DNA from: Macrostomum lignano
Lineage: Eukaryota
NCBI GenBank assembly: GCA_002269645.1
Contig: NIVC01000158.1
Location: forward strand, 186,001-250,000
Length of the DNA: 64,000 nt
Direction of reading: 5' to 3'
The notes beneath the pieces were generated by a model. It made no database searches and was not told the origin of the DNA. It saw only the letters and a program-made list of their open reading frames with translations. This document shows, piece by piece, positions 12,243-24,775 of this stretch (the first letter of the stretch is position 1; every line of letters starts with the position of its first letter). Made by a program: the position numbers and the translations under genes.

Positions 12243-13293
12243 TACTATATGGATGATGCAGCATTTTGCCACCCATCCAGTGGGATTCGCCACGGGAGTG
12301 GCCAGCCAATGAAAGAATGCACAGTGTCTCTCCGGACCCAGCAGAGTTAGGGGCGGCAGCCGCGGCAGGCATAAGAGTGGGGTTGCAGGCTGGGGCAAAG
12401 AGTCAGCTAGCCGGCTTTGCCAATACTTTATAAAGAGAGCGTCTCACCTATAGGGTCCCTGCAGGACTTCAGTATCAAGGTCAGAGAGAGAAGGCCTGAA
12501 GGAAACATCATCCAAGGCCGTTGATCCTCAGCTTCGGCTGACTGCCACACAGTCAGAGAGAGAGTAAAGTGCCAGCGGGTAAGTGACTGCTATTGACAAG
12601 GCTATATATGGCCTATGCAATGCCGATGCACTAGAACGAACAAAAATAGTGACAGATGAATCATTGGAGCACTCGAACGCTTCAACAGCCTCTTTAACTG
12701 GCTGGCTCTAAAGAAGCTTTCAAGAGCATTTTTCTCTTCGGGCAGAAGAAGAGAAAAGAGAAAGTTAAGGAGAGAAAGGGTGGCGGACCCCTTGGGCGCC
12801 CAGCTTTCAACAAATCATCCAGCAGGTTGTGGCAGCCCTTCGTCAAGTCAAGTCCCGCCAAAAAATCCCCTATACTGCCTGCCAGTCGGCTTCCCCGTCC
12901 CCTCACCAAAACTCTCGCCCGCGGATATTGGAGCTTAGCGTGAGCTCCTCTGCAGCGGCCCCTCCCACCTGCAGGCGGTGACCGGTCTAATTAAAAAAAA
13001 CTTTCAGGATCCCAACTCGCTGCAGCGGGCGGGCATCGATTTCACCCCCAGGTTTGACGCCAGCAACACCTGCCAGTCTGTCAGCGTGGCGGTCTAACGG
13101 GGCGAAAAACAGTCCTGGGGATTAGGGCGCTTATTTCTTAGCACACGCGACACAAACTGACGGAGAGAGAGAGGGAGAGAAGGGTAAGAGGGCGGAGCCG
13201 TCACCTGCGATTTCTAAATCCTGTTGACTCTGAAATAGAGACCGGCCGCTTTTCAATCGCCTTTTTTAGGCTACTATAAACATAGACTACGGA

Positions 13294-14349
13294 ATGTTGC
13301 GGCCTTCGAACCCGCGACCACGCCTACAGTCAGTCTGTTACGCCTGGCTGCTGATGCTCCAAGTTGCAGCGGCGGCGGCGGCCACGGTGTCAGGCGGCGG
13401 CGGCGACGTCGAGGCGAAGAAATTCAACGTCAGCTACTCCATCGCCGAGGAGACGAACGGGACGCGCCTGATTGGCGACCTGACCGCCGACCTGCAGCTG
13501 CTGCGGTTTTACACGCCCGCCCAGCTGGCCACCAAGGAGGTCGAGTTCCTCCGGCTGGGCGGCCAGGACAGCCATCTGGAGAGCTTCCGGGTCCGCCGGG
13601 TGGACGGTCAGCCGGTGCGGCACGAGCTGCTGCTGATCCGCGGCCTGGATCGCGAGGCCGTCTGCCCGGAGCCTGGCCAGGCCGACTGTCACCTCACCCT
13701 CAGCTGCGTGCTGCGGCCCTACGAAGAGCAATTCCTGCTGTTCACCGTGCGCGTCTACCTGCAGGACGTCAATGACCATTCGCCGGTGTTCGAGCCGCCG
13801 CGGCACGTTGTCCAGTTCAGCGAGGGCGACCAGCCGGGCACGCGCCGGTCGGTGCCGCACGCCCGCGACAGCGACAGCGGGCGGAACGCTCGACTGGCCT
13901 ACGCGATCGAGTCGGACCTGGGCGCCGATTGTCCGTTCCGCGTTGACAGCGACTCGCCAACGCAGGTTTTCGTGACGCTGGTCAGGGAGCTGGACAGGGA
14001 GAACGTTTCCTCCTACCAGGTGAAAATCACAGCTACGGATTTTGGTGAGCAGCCTCGCAGCGGTCGTCTGCACCTGCGAGTTGTCGTCACCGACGCCAAC
14101 GACTGCTTTCCGGTGTTCGAGCGCAGCACCTACCGGGTCAACGTAACGGAGAACTCGCCGCCTGTGCGCGAGCTTCTGCGCGTCCGAGCTGACGATGCCG
14201 ACGCCGGGCAGAATGGCCGGGTTCGCTACCAGCTGGCTCCGGACACTCTGGCCGACGTGCGCCAATACGTCAGCGTTGGACCGAAGGACGGCCGGATCGC
14301 TTTGGAGCGGCAGGTGGATCGGGAAAAAGTGTCCGAGTTTCGCTTTCAG
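13294..14349 (+). CDS. Protocadherin (7 EC repeats, delta-1-like), exon 1: signal peptide, EC1-EC2 and most of EC3; spliced protein ~1005 aa
   Basis: Hydrophobic leader; DRE, DxNDxxPxF and DxDxGxN motifs; EC1 DREAVC...C protocadherin cysteine pattern; donor CAG|GTGCGT at 14350. Confidence 0.93.
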
Positions 14350-14384
14350 GTGCGTCTGCGGCTTGAGGGGTTTTTCGGCCAGCG

Positions 14385-14600
14385 AGTGTCTGAGGGTGTC
14401 TGAGGGTGTCTGGGGTGTCTGGGGGTCTCTGAGGGTGTCTGGGATGTATGGGGGTGTCTGAGGGTGTCTGGGGTGTCTGGGGGTCTCTGAGGGTGTCTGG
14501 GTGTCTGGGGTGTCTGAGGGTGTCTGAGGTTGTCTGGGATTTCTGGGGTGTCTGGGTGTCTGAGGGTGTCTGGGGTGTCTCAGGGTGCCTGAAAGTGTCC
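14385..14600. repeat. G/T-rich ~10-bp minisatellite (GRGGGTGTCT) at the start of protocadherin intron 1
   Basis: Directly visible. Confidence 0.85.
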
Positions 14601-14970
14601 GAGGGTATCCGATGGTATGCGAAGGTATCTAATGACGTTTGTGGAGTATCTGAGAATGTTTAAAGATATTTGTGGAGTTTACTTGCGACTGAGGTGTCCT
14701 GGACTGTTGGAGTACCTGATGAATGTTTACGAAAGTCCTTTTTTCTCAGTGAATTGGTCATGCAGCCTGAATCAATCTTATTTCTTATGTTAGCTAATTA
14801 AATTGCACAGGGGTTTTCAGACGATGCCCTTTGTTCACTGGATCTTATTTAATCCAATCCCTTTAGGCAGCAATCTACGAGGGTATTATACTAATCAGAC
14901 GTGAGGAGACTGTGCGCTTCACTTATTCAGGAGCCTTACTCCGCCCCCCCCAATCCCCCCAACTCAACAG

Positions 14971-15906
14971 GTGCAGGCTATTGATGGCGGACTGCCCGCC
15001 GCCAAGACCAGCGTCGCCACCGTCCACATAAACGTCCTGGACGTCAACGACTGCCCTCCGGTGATCTCGCTGTCCGCCCGCCGTCCGAGCGTCCTGGAAA
15101 ACCGACAGCGCGGCACCGTGGTCGCCTCCTTCATCGTCAAAGACGACGATGACGGCATCAACGGGACCGTCCGCTGCCGACTCGAAGCGGGCTCGGACGC
15201 CGAATTCGAGGTCAGCGAGTACGACTCCAGGCTGAAGGTGTTCCAGCTGGTCACCCGGATGCAGCTGGATCGGGAGACCCGCGCCGCCTATCCAGTGGTC
15301 GTCGCCTGCATTGATGGTGGCGGCCTGGAGACTCGGGAGGAGTTCGTCGTGCAAGTCGAGGACGATAATGACCACGTGCCGCGCTTCGCCCAGGAGCACC
15401 TTTACCTGGTGCTGCCCGAGGACACTCCCACCGGCCAGACGGTCGCCAACCTCAGCGCCTCCGACGCCGACTCCGGTGACAACGCCAGAATCGGCTACTT
15501 CATCCTGAGCGACCCGATCGTGCCGGAGACGGCCCGGCACTTCCAGATTGGCCGGGCCAGTGGGGAGCTGAGCCTGGCGCAGCGGCTGGACAGGGAGCAG
15601 CGGGCCAGCTTCACCGTGCAGGTGGTGGCCCACGATCACAATCCCACCTATCCGTTCTCAGCAACTGCAACGGTGTTCGTTGAAGTTCGCGACGTCAACG
15701 ATGTTGCTCCAGTGCTGCCAGAGAGCGTCGAGTTCTCTGTTGAGGAGAACGGACCGGCGGGTATCCGGTTGGGCCCTGTGCACTACTCCGACCCGGATCT
15801 GAACGAGGGCGGCCGGGTCACTTTCTACGGCGGCGATCAGAGAGACTTTCACGTGACTGAAGATGGTCACGTGGTGGCGCGGCGCAGCTTTGATCGCGAG
15901 ATTCAG
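14971..15906 (+). CDS. Protocadherin exon 2 (end of EC3, EC4, EC5, most of EC6)
   Basis: Acceptor CAACAG ending 14970; phase 0 join RFQ|VQAIDGG; DVNDCPP, DRET, DDNDHVPRF, DREQ, DVNDVAP, DREI motifs; donor CAG|GTTGGC at 15907. Confidence 0.93.
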
Positions 15907-15945
15907 GTTGGCGCGGGCTGGCTGCGGCAAGAAGAGCTGGTTTTA

Positions 15946-16445
15946 TGGGGTGGTGGGTGTAATTGGGAGGTGGGTGCAATGGGGTGGTGTGTGTAGTGGG
16001 GTGGTGGGTGCAAGGGGATGCTGGGCGAAATAGGGTGTTGGGTCCAATGGGGGGGTGGGTCAGTTAGAGGTGGGTGAAAAGAGGTGGTGTGTGATGGGTT
16101 GGTTGGTGCAAAGGGTGGTTGGTGTAATGGGGTGGTGGTTGTAATCGTGTGGGGGGCCATGGGTGTGCAATGGGAGAGGGTGGGTCTAATAGGGGTGGGT
16201 GCAATCTGGTGGTGTATGTAGTGGGCGGTGGGTGCAATGGGTGGTGGGTGTAATGGGGTTGGTAGATGTAATGGGGAGCTGGACGTAATGGGGTGTTGGG
16301 TGCAATGGGGGGTGGGTCTATTAGGTGTGAGTGAAAAGGTGTGGTGTATGTGTTGGGGTGGTGGATACAATGGGGTGGTGGGTACAATGCGGTGGTTTGG
16401 TGTAATTGGGGGTGGGTGTAATGGGGTGGTGGGTACAATGGGGCG
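15946..16445. repeat. Degenerate G-rich minisatellite (GGGGTGGTGGGTGYAAT) in protocadherin intron 2
   Basis: Directly visible. Confidence 0.8.
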
Positions 16446-16739
16446 CAATAAGGTGGGTAAACTATCGCCTTTAGCTCACTCGTACTAGTACCTAAGTTTT
16501 TGCAAGGCACTGCCGGCAAAAAGCAAAAAAGAAGGCAAGCAGTCGTGCCCAATCCGATGGCCCGTTGATTTTTCACATCACTCACAAAAACTTGCCTGGT
16601 AAGGCTTGTCGTGCGAGTCCCACATGAGGGCCAGATCCTAGGACGCACGTGCTGGTGCGTGCTCAGGGGCCAGCGGAATGGGCAGTTGCCTGCTCAGTGG
16701 ATGCTGATCGACTCTCCCCAAACTGACCCTCCCCATCAG

Positions 16740-17276
16740 GCCAGGCACATATTCCTGATCTTTGCCCGCGACCACGGCACGCCCAGCTTAACCTCCTCGG
16801 CCGCCGTCACGGTGCACATTGTTGACCGAAACGACTGCCAGCCGCAGTTCATTTTCCCATTCGCTGGCGGCAATTATTCGGTGTCGGCGCACGAACCGGC
16901 GAACTCGCTGGTGCTGCAGGCGGTTGCCAAGGACCGGGACGAGGGCGATAACGCCATTGTGCGGTACAGCCTGACGGTCAGCCCGCCGGAGAAAGTTCAG
17001 CAAGTCGGCGGCACTGATCGGACAGAGGCGGCGTCGGAGGCGGCAGTCGGGCCGGCGTTTCGAGTGTCGGCCAAGAGTGGCCGGCTGTTGGTTGCGAGGC
17101 GCCTGTCGATGCCAGGCGACCTCGGCTGCCACCGGCTGGAGCTGCGGGCGGCAGACTGCGGGGTGCCGAGCCTGGAGGCCGGGGTCCAGTTCTTCCTCAC
17201 TGTGGAGGACGTGCCGCCCAAGGAGCTGGCCGTCAGCGGCTTCGACGGGGTTGGCCCCGGCGGCGGAGTGACTCAG
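16740..17276 (+). CDS. Protocadherin exon 3 (end of EC6 and EC7)
   Basis: Acceptor CCCCATCAG ending 16739; phase 0 join DREIQ|ARHIFLIFARDHG; DRNDCQPQF and DRDEGDN motifs; donor CAG|GTGCGT at 17277. Confidence 0.9.
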
Positions 17277-17292
17277 GTGCGTGCGTGGGCGG

Positions 17293-17736
17293 GTATTGGG
17301 ACAGCAGGGGGTATTGAGGCTGCAGGGGGTATTGGAACTGCAAGGGGTATTGAGGCTGCAGGGAGGGGGTATTGAGACTGCAAGGAATTGGGACTGCAAG
17401 GGGTATTGGGACTGCAGGGGTATTGAGACTGCAGGGGATATTGAGACTGCATGGGGTATTGAGACTGCATGGGGTATTGAGACTGCAGGGGATATTGAGA
17501 CTGCAGGGGATATTGAGACTGCATGGGATATTGAGACTGCAGGGGGTATTGAGACTGCAGGGGATATTGAGACTGCATGGGGTATTGAGACTGCATGGGG
17601 TATTGAGACTGCATGGGGTATTGAGACTGCATGGGGTATTGAGACTGCATGGGGTATTGAGACTGCATGGGTATTGAGACTGCATGGGGTATTGAGACTG
17701 CATGGGGTATTGAGACTGCATGGGGTATTGAGACTA
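17293..17736. repeat. 17-bp minisatellite GGGGTATTGAGACTGCA filling most of protocadherin intron 3
   Basis: Directly visible. Confidence 0.93.
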
Positions 17737-17793
17737 TTGAGGCAACAGAGGAAGCTTACCTGCCAGAAAAATCTGCACTCCCATCCCTCACAG

Positions 17794-17959
17794 ACGCCGC
17801 TCAGCACGGCGGTGGTGACGGCGCTGATCGCCCTGACGGGGCTGCTGCTGGTGCTGCTGGTCTGTGTGCTGCTCTTCCTGCTGCAACGGCGGCGCGCCTT
17901 TGCGGCTCACGGTGCCGGCGCCGTGGCCTCTGACAGGGACTACAATTTCTCCAGGAGGC
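17794..17959 (+). CDS. Protocadherin exon 4 (transmembrane helix and juxtamembrane RRR)
   Basis: Acceptor CCCTCACAG ending 17793; TAVVTALIALTGLLLVLLVCVLLFLLQRRR; donor C|GTGAGT at 17960 (phase 1). Confidence 0.88.
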
Positions 17960-17984
17960 GTGAGTGACGCTGTGTGCACTGTGC

Positions 17985-18275
17985 TTCATCACTGTGTGCC
18001 TCATCACTGTGTGACCCATCAATTTGTGACTTATCACTGTGGGACCCATCACTGTGAGCCTCATCACTGTGTGACTCATCACTGTGTGACCCATCACTGT
18101 GTGCCTCATCACTGTGTGCCTCATCACTGTGTGACCCATCACTGTGTGACCCATCACTGTGTGACCCATCACTGTGTGACCCATCACTGTGTGACCCATC
18201 ACTGTGTGACTCATCATTGTGTGACCCATCACTGTGTGACGCATCACTGTGTGCCTCATCAGTGCGTGCCTAATC
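17985..18275. repeat. 15-bp minisatellite CATCACTGTGTGMCY at the start of protocadherin intron 4
   Basis: Directly visible. Confidence 0.92.
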
Positions 18276-19748
18276 ACTCCATAGGTGTCTGCACCTCTCT
18301 CTCAGCGTTTACACTTCTCTCTGTGTGTCTACAGCTCTCTCGTTGTATATACACCCCTCTCTGTCTGCACCTCTCTCTCTCTCTCTCTCTCTCCGTGTCT
18401 ACACCCCTCTCTCCCTGTAAGATGGCGTCTGCACGGTAAAGCATTTGTTGGTCTCTCTTGGTTCGCCTGCTGAGAAGTGCAGCGAGCTGCAGTGATGGAG
18501 CTCATTATAAAACGACTCCTTTTTACGAAGTCGAAAAATTATGGAAATAGATTCGTTAGTCTAGTTCTTTGATGAAATAAATCTTAGTTTAAATTGTCCC
18601 TATAAGGCGATGGTATGGATCTTATATGGTCTAGAGAGGGGTCTATAAACGTAGCGACCAAAAATAATAGAGTCATTGATTCACATCATACGGTATCTAG
18701 GCCTTAAAGTACTTATAGAAAAGTACATGTACAGAGAGCTTACAGAGACAAGATTATAACAATGAGAAGCAAAAATCTTGTTTTTCAAATCGTCTTTTTT
18801 ACCCCGAGGATTATTAACGAGATAAACAACAGTGTGTGCTCGATAAAAGTCAAAGATTCTGTGGGAAGAATCTGGGAAGCTGCCGCTTACCTCCGTTAGT
18901 CACGCTCGAGAGTTGGTTTACCCTCAAGCGAATATTGCGCAATACTGACTGCCGCTTCGTCATTAGGCAGGCGAAAAGAGAGAGAGTGGAATCTCTGTCT
19001 CTACTTGAGGTCCCCGTCCGCAGGCGCTGCTTTTTTCAACCGACAGCAAGCTCGACTGTCTCTAGAAAGATTTCGGAATTAATTCAGCCGTGTACCTCGG
19101 CCCCACACCTCCCCCTTCGCAGCCTCAGATTATCGAGTTAGCGGAGAGCCAGGCCAGTCTGCGATTTGGTTTCCATGCAGGCCGGATGCTTGGCACAATG
19201 CGGCGGCTGATGAGACTTCTGTGTGTGGGAGGGTAGCTCTGTAGGGGAGACTGCTGTGCGCTTGGGGAGAGAGGTTTATTGAGACACGCGTGTGAAATTG
19301 ATGAACAGGGGAAGAGAGAGATGCGAGACTCATCATAGAACTAGAGAAGGTGGAGATAAACTGAGAGGGAGAGAAGGGAGATTAGAGACGAAGAAAGAGG
19401 GATGCACCTCCTAATCCCAATGCCGCTGATTCGTTATAGGCAGCTCATACGAAGACGAGCCAAAAGTTGTGGCAGCCGATAGTTCAAATGTCTTCTTTTT
19501 TGTAAGGGCAAGTGTACGGGAGGAGAGAGAAGGGAGAGGTGGAGGGAGAGAGAGAGGTAGATGGGAGGTAGAGGGGGAGGCAGAGGGAGATAGAGGTAGA
19601 GGGAGAAAGAGAGGGAGATGGAGAGGGAGAGGGAGAAGGAGAGGGAGAGGGAGAAGAAGGAGAGGGAGAGCCAGCAACACTGAGAGGCATACGCTGGTAC
19701 ATGCTCAGAACGAAGAACTTTTATCTGCAGCCTCGGGGCATTATCAAC

Positions 19749-19788
19749 TGACGTCAATTAGCACTGACGTCAATTAGCAATGACGTCA
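19749..19788. promoter_or_regulatory. Three perfect CRE palindromes (TGACGTCA) at 16-bp spacing; candidate intronic CREB/ATF enhancer
   Basis: TGACGTCA at 19749-19756, 19765-19772 and 19781-19788. Confidence 0.5.
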
Positions 19789-21159
19789 TTCAGCGAACTC
19801 CTTATTTAAATCTAATCGAGCTCTGCCCTGCCCTATCTACATAAGGAACAAAATAGTGAGGAGTAGAGGTTAATCGCTGCCGCATCTGCCGGGTCCCAGC
19901 ATCCCAGCATCCCACAGCCCGAGTTGATCGCTGGCAAGAATCGCGGAGGTGGCAAAATTGCCTACTTCCGTCTTAAGTCTCAATTCTATATAGCTAAAGA
20001 AGTGAGCAGCGACTCAACGAAGCGTTGAGGCGAGCAACCCTACTCCCCCCCCCCCTGAGGAGCAAGTTAGCTATTACATTCTTCTCCACGCAGTTTCCCG
20101 CGAAAGTCAGCGTGTGGGCGATGGGCGTGGCAAGCCAGCCAGCAACAATGGGCCCCTGTGCTGAGGGAAAATACGGGGGGGAGGGGTTGGGAAGCTTCCT
20201 AAAGGAATCCCAAAGCCTCGACAGATCTTTTTGCTGTCAAAACCCGTGAGCTGGCTAGTCCTAGAGACAGTCCGACTCGAAAAGAACTAATGAGCGACAA
20301 AGGATATAGAGGAACTGCTCAACAGAGAGAGTGAGTGAGCGACGGGACTTTTATCCCTCCCCCGAATTTCGCTTGGATGATGAGTTGAGTGACAAAAAAA
20401 CTGTAAAGCAGAGAGATTGACGCGTCAAGATTTTGACTTTCTCTGACTAACTGACTGACTGACAGACAAGATGCTCTTGATAAGCTGGAAAACGAGACAA
20501 AGGTTTGAGCATTGAAGGATGGCTTTGCGGAGAAGGAGAAGACGGGGAGTGTCCGGCTGATCCGGCTGTTTTTCTATAGGGGCCGGATTTGATTGGGACA
20601 CCGACAGGGAGACTGAGGCGGGGATGGGGGAGAGAGAAGTTTGAGAGTGTGTGTGTGCGGGTGTGTGTGTGCGCGCTAGGCAGACGGCCTTCAAGGAGAC
20701 AAGGACTCGGGGAGCGGGAAGCTGCTAATCCGACAACGTCGCCTCATCTTCTCGGACCTCATCCTCAAGCCGGCCTCCCAAAAAATTCCCAGGACTTGAA
20801 GAGGCGGGCTGAGCAATGATGATGGAGGCTGAGACAGGAGGGGGGATACAAGGGGCCTGCTGCGAGCTTAATAACTCTCTTAACTGAAGGGTTCGAGCGA
20901 TCCTGCGGAGATACCATGGGGTAGCGGCGATGTTTTCAAGGGTCATGCAGCTGATGTTGGTTGGATGAGGACCGAGGTGATTTGTGAGATCGCGAAAAAA
21001 TAACTAACTTTTCTAGCGAATTTTGCGTTGTTAGAATGTCAGGGCAGGGCGGCTGGCTGAAGCATTAAGTATCCAAGGCAACGCGACGATTCTGATTTCT
21101 ACGTGAATTCCGTTTAAAAAAATCAAAATATTACTGAAGCGGAGGCCAAAGGAGTGCTG

Positions 21160-21615
21160 AAGAGAAGCTGAAGAGGAGCTGAAGAGGAGGCTGAAGAGGA
21201 GCTGAAGAGGAGCTGAAGAAGAGCTGAAGAGGAGCTGAAGAGGAGCTGAAGAGGTGCTGAAGAGGAGCTGAAGAGGAGGCTGAAGAGGAGCTGAAGAGGA
21301 GCTGAAGACGAGCTAAAGAGGAGCTGAAGAGGAGCTGAAGAGGAGACTGAAAAGGAGTTGAATAGGAGACTGAAAAGGATCTGAAGAGGTGCTGAAGAGG
21401 ATCTGAAGAGGTGCTGAAGAGGAGCTGAAGAGGAGCTGAAGAGGAGCTGAAGAGGTGCTGAAGAGGATCTGAAGAGGAGCTGAAGAGGAGCTGAAGAGGT
21501 GCTGAAGAGGAGCTGAAGAGGAGCTGAAGAGGAGCTGAAGAGGAGCTGAAGAGGAGCTGAAGAGGAGCTGAAGAGGAGCTGAAGAGCAGCTGAAGAGGAG
21601 CTGAAGAGCAGCTGA
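21160..21615. repeat. 11-bp minisatellite GCTGAAGAGGA
   Basis: Directly visible. Confidence 0.92.
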
Positions 21616-22292
21616 AGCAGAGGCTGATGAGCAGCTGCAGCGGAGGCTGAAAGAAAACGAAGCCCCATTACTGATGGCAGGCAGCTCGGGCATTCAATCA
21701 GAACTCCGCAGCAGCTCACTGGCTCGTATTGCCCAGCTGATGCAAATTGAAGGCCACTAACGGATTAGCAGCGAGTCTTCGAGCTTGAGTTGGTTCGAAT
21801 CCGGGTGAGTAGAGGTGCTGGGGAGTTAAGTAGGCAGCCGATTACGTAAGCTTCTAATCAGGTTAGAGTCGCTGTCCCTATATGCACACAGGATCTCTGG
21901 AAGAAGGTTCTGTCTTCTTTCGAAAAGCCAAGCTGGAAATTGCTGCAAAATTTTCTACGGAGGGGGGCAAAAAACGATGCTTTACACTTGCAATTTCAAG
22001 CCTTGCCCGATGTGATGCCCTCCATCCATTTTTATTCCCCGATTTTCCTGCCTTAAAGATCGTCTGCTTCTTGTTTCTTCTTCGTCATGGGTCGGTTTTT
22101 ATGTGCACCGCCGCCAACCCGGTCCGCGGGGTGATAGAAAAGCGAGTGCTGGGGATCGCCTCTGTCCGCTGCCTGGCATCTGGAACAAGCAATTCAAGCT
22201 CTCCGACCATTAGCGGCGCTTTCCTCACAGTGCCATCATCATCACTCAGCTGCCGGCTGCAGCACAGGTGGCCATTGGCTGCATTGTTAAGA

Positions 22293-22541
<249 letters not shown>

Positions 22542-23307
22542 GAACGCTGGCCAACATTCGGCCAAAACTCTGCTCAAAAATCCCACTCAACAGTTCCTTT
22601 GATCTTCAGTCAAGCCCCTTGAACTTCTGCCGCAGCCAAATTGAAGGCCGGGACAGAGAAGAGACCAGCGAGTTTCTCTTTATTGCGGTTGGCTCGTCTG
22701 CCCCCCCCCCCCGCTTAGATTAGAATTGGGGCATAAATAGTTTTATCGTCCTCGTTTCCCCTGGGGATTTCAAAGGTTGGGATGGAATTGCAGTAGTAAT
22801 TCAATGTGCTCCACAAGATGAGGAGAATATGAGATGGCTGGGAGTGGAGATGCCGACTGATAAGAAGGAAGCCAGGTGAGGAAATTACGGGAAGAAAAAT
22901 CATGGGAATTATAAGGCCGAATTGAGCATTAAAAATGGCCAGTCGCATAGGGCTATGGAAGTGGGGAAATGAATGAAAATTTAGACTCTTGATGATGCGC
23001 AATAGTTGTGGGGAAATGTGGTTGTCAAATTTTTTGTGTGGGAAGAATCTCCCCCGTGTTCCTGTAGGGTGCAGATTGTCAGAGATGCTGGGCGAGCATG
23101 TTAGTTGCCGGGTGGTCTTTGTGTCACCCGATACCCCCTGACTGCGGCGGTCCAGTCCACACTCAAAAAGCAGCAGGCAGCGGGATACATTTGCGATCGG
23201 GATGAAGATGGAGAAGTTCAAAGAGCTTCAACAAAAGCATTTTCGCATTCGTGCTCCCTTTTGTTGATAAGGATATTCCTTCCCTGTGAACTGCGCCTGT
23301 TCCACTG

Positions 23308-23676
23308 AGACTGGGAGAGGGAGACTGGGAGAGGGAGACTGGGAGAGGGAGACTGGGAGAGGGAGACTGGGAGAGGGAGACTGGGAGAGGGAGACTGGGA
23401 GAGGGAGACTGGGAGAGGGAGACTGGGAGAGGGAGACTGGGAGAGGGAGACTGGGAGAGGGAGACTGGGAGAGGGAGACTGGGAGAGGGAGACTGGGAGA
23501 GGGAGACTGGGAGAGGGAGACTGGGAGAGGGAGACTGGGAGAGGGAGACTGGGAGAGGGAGACTGGGAGAGGGAGACTGGGAGAGGGAGACTGGGAGAGG
23601 GAGACTGGGAGAGGGAGACTGGGAGAGGGAGACTGGGAGAGGGAGACTGGGAGTGGGAGACTGGGAGAGGGAGACT
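23308..23676. repeat. 14-bp minisatellite ACTGGGAGAGGGAG, ~26 copies
   Basis: Directly visible; two GGG runs per unit. Confidence 0.96.
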
Positions 23677-24286
23677 AAGAGATTAAGAGAGGAAGTCATT
23701 AACGCTTGCTCACAAGCGAGCTGCGAACCGAGAAAGCAGCCCCGAGTTCTGATTTTCCGCCCCAGACTCCAACCCCCGCTCATCATCATGGTGCTCCTCT
23801 ATCCGATGTTTGACAATCACCCCCCCCCCATTTAGCCGATGCCTCCAGATTCGATTCGATGCTCATAAGTCTCCCCCAGATCGAGCATGTGATGATGAGA
23901 AAATCCTTGGCGGGGGTCGCTGACAGGGTCACGGAGGAGCCTGGGCCCATCAGCAAACAGAGAAGGATTAAGAGCCTCGGTTTAACACCCTCAGTCCCGT
24001 GTTAGACATGCCAGATTGGAGGGGAGGAGACAGTTAATCTGCCTGGAGGACCTGCAAGTTGAGCAGCTGAGCTCGGAAGCATTGCGGTCGTGGCTTGTTC
24101 CAGATTCCTGCCCTGTCTGCTCCTCTCATGCCCTGCTCACATGATGGCCCAAGACTCGGCCCACTGCCGCTTGCCCAATAGAATGAATGAGCTTGACTTT
24201 GAGAGTTTCGAGAGAGCTTATTGAGGCAACTCATAATCTGATGCTCAATTTCAATCAAGTGAAATTGCTGGAAATTTCTACCGCAG

Positions 24287-24609
24287 ACCTGCGCACTCCG
24301 AAGCATTTTGGTGTCGATGGCAGCGTCGGCAGAGGCGGCGTCGGTGGCGGGGCCGGCGGTTTCGGCGGCGGCGGCGGCGGCGGCGGTGGCGGCAACTTCG
24401 CGGTAGCCTCCCGGCTGCTTCGACACAGTGATGAAGAGGCGACGGCATTGACAGCGGCCGCTACTGCGGCTGCAGCGGCGAGCGCCGCAGGCTCATCTTC
24501 GACTTCTTCAACAGGTGCCATGGCGGCTGCAGTATCGGCAGCGAACGCCTCCGATTCATTCAAAGCGATGGACAATGTGTACTGCAGCAACCCGTACTTC
24601 TGCACCTGA
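24287..24609 (+). CDS. Probable protocadherin terminal exon 5 (Gly/Ala-rich cytoplasmic tail ending NPYFCT*)
   Basis: Acceptor CCGCAG ending 24286; phase 1 matches the exon 4 donor (C+AC=His); GC3-rich codons; additional exons in the 6.3-kb intron cannot be excluded. Confidence 0.7.
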
Positions 24610-24619
24610 ATGTGAGCAG

Positions 24620-24681
24620 TAAGTCAGTCAGTTAGATAGATAGATAGTTAGTTAGCCAGTTAGTTAGTTAGTTAGTTAGCC

Positions 24682-24712
<31 letters not shown>

Positions 24713-24775
24713 CAGTTATTTATTTAGTTAGTTAGTTAGTCAGTTAGTTAGTTAGTTATTTATCTATCTGACCTA
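24620..24775. repeat. (TTAG)n-type microsatellite immediately after the protocadherin stop codon
   Basis: Directly visible. Confidence 0.9.

Noticed and set aside
10917-12350. 477-aa ORF and the many other long low-complexity ORFs over arrays (25528-27252, 30035-30836, 32371-32914, 51783-52191, 58581-59707, 61223-61924, 62479-63367)
   Set aside because: Open only because the repeat units lack stop codons; they coincide exactly with tandem arrays
13390-15930. Long antisense ORFs opposite the protocadherin, KLF, INTS5, CDC7 and epsin-like exons
   Set aside because: Shadow ORFs expected from GC3-rich coding sequence
21792-21802. Perfect B-box GGTTCGAATCC
   Set aside because: No convincing A-box or cloverleaf around it
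22715-23221. 168-aa minus-strand ORF in protocadherin intron 4
   Set aside because: No codon bias, recognisable motif or splice support
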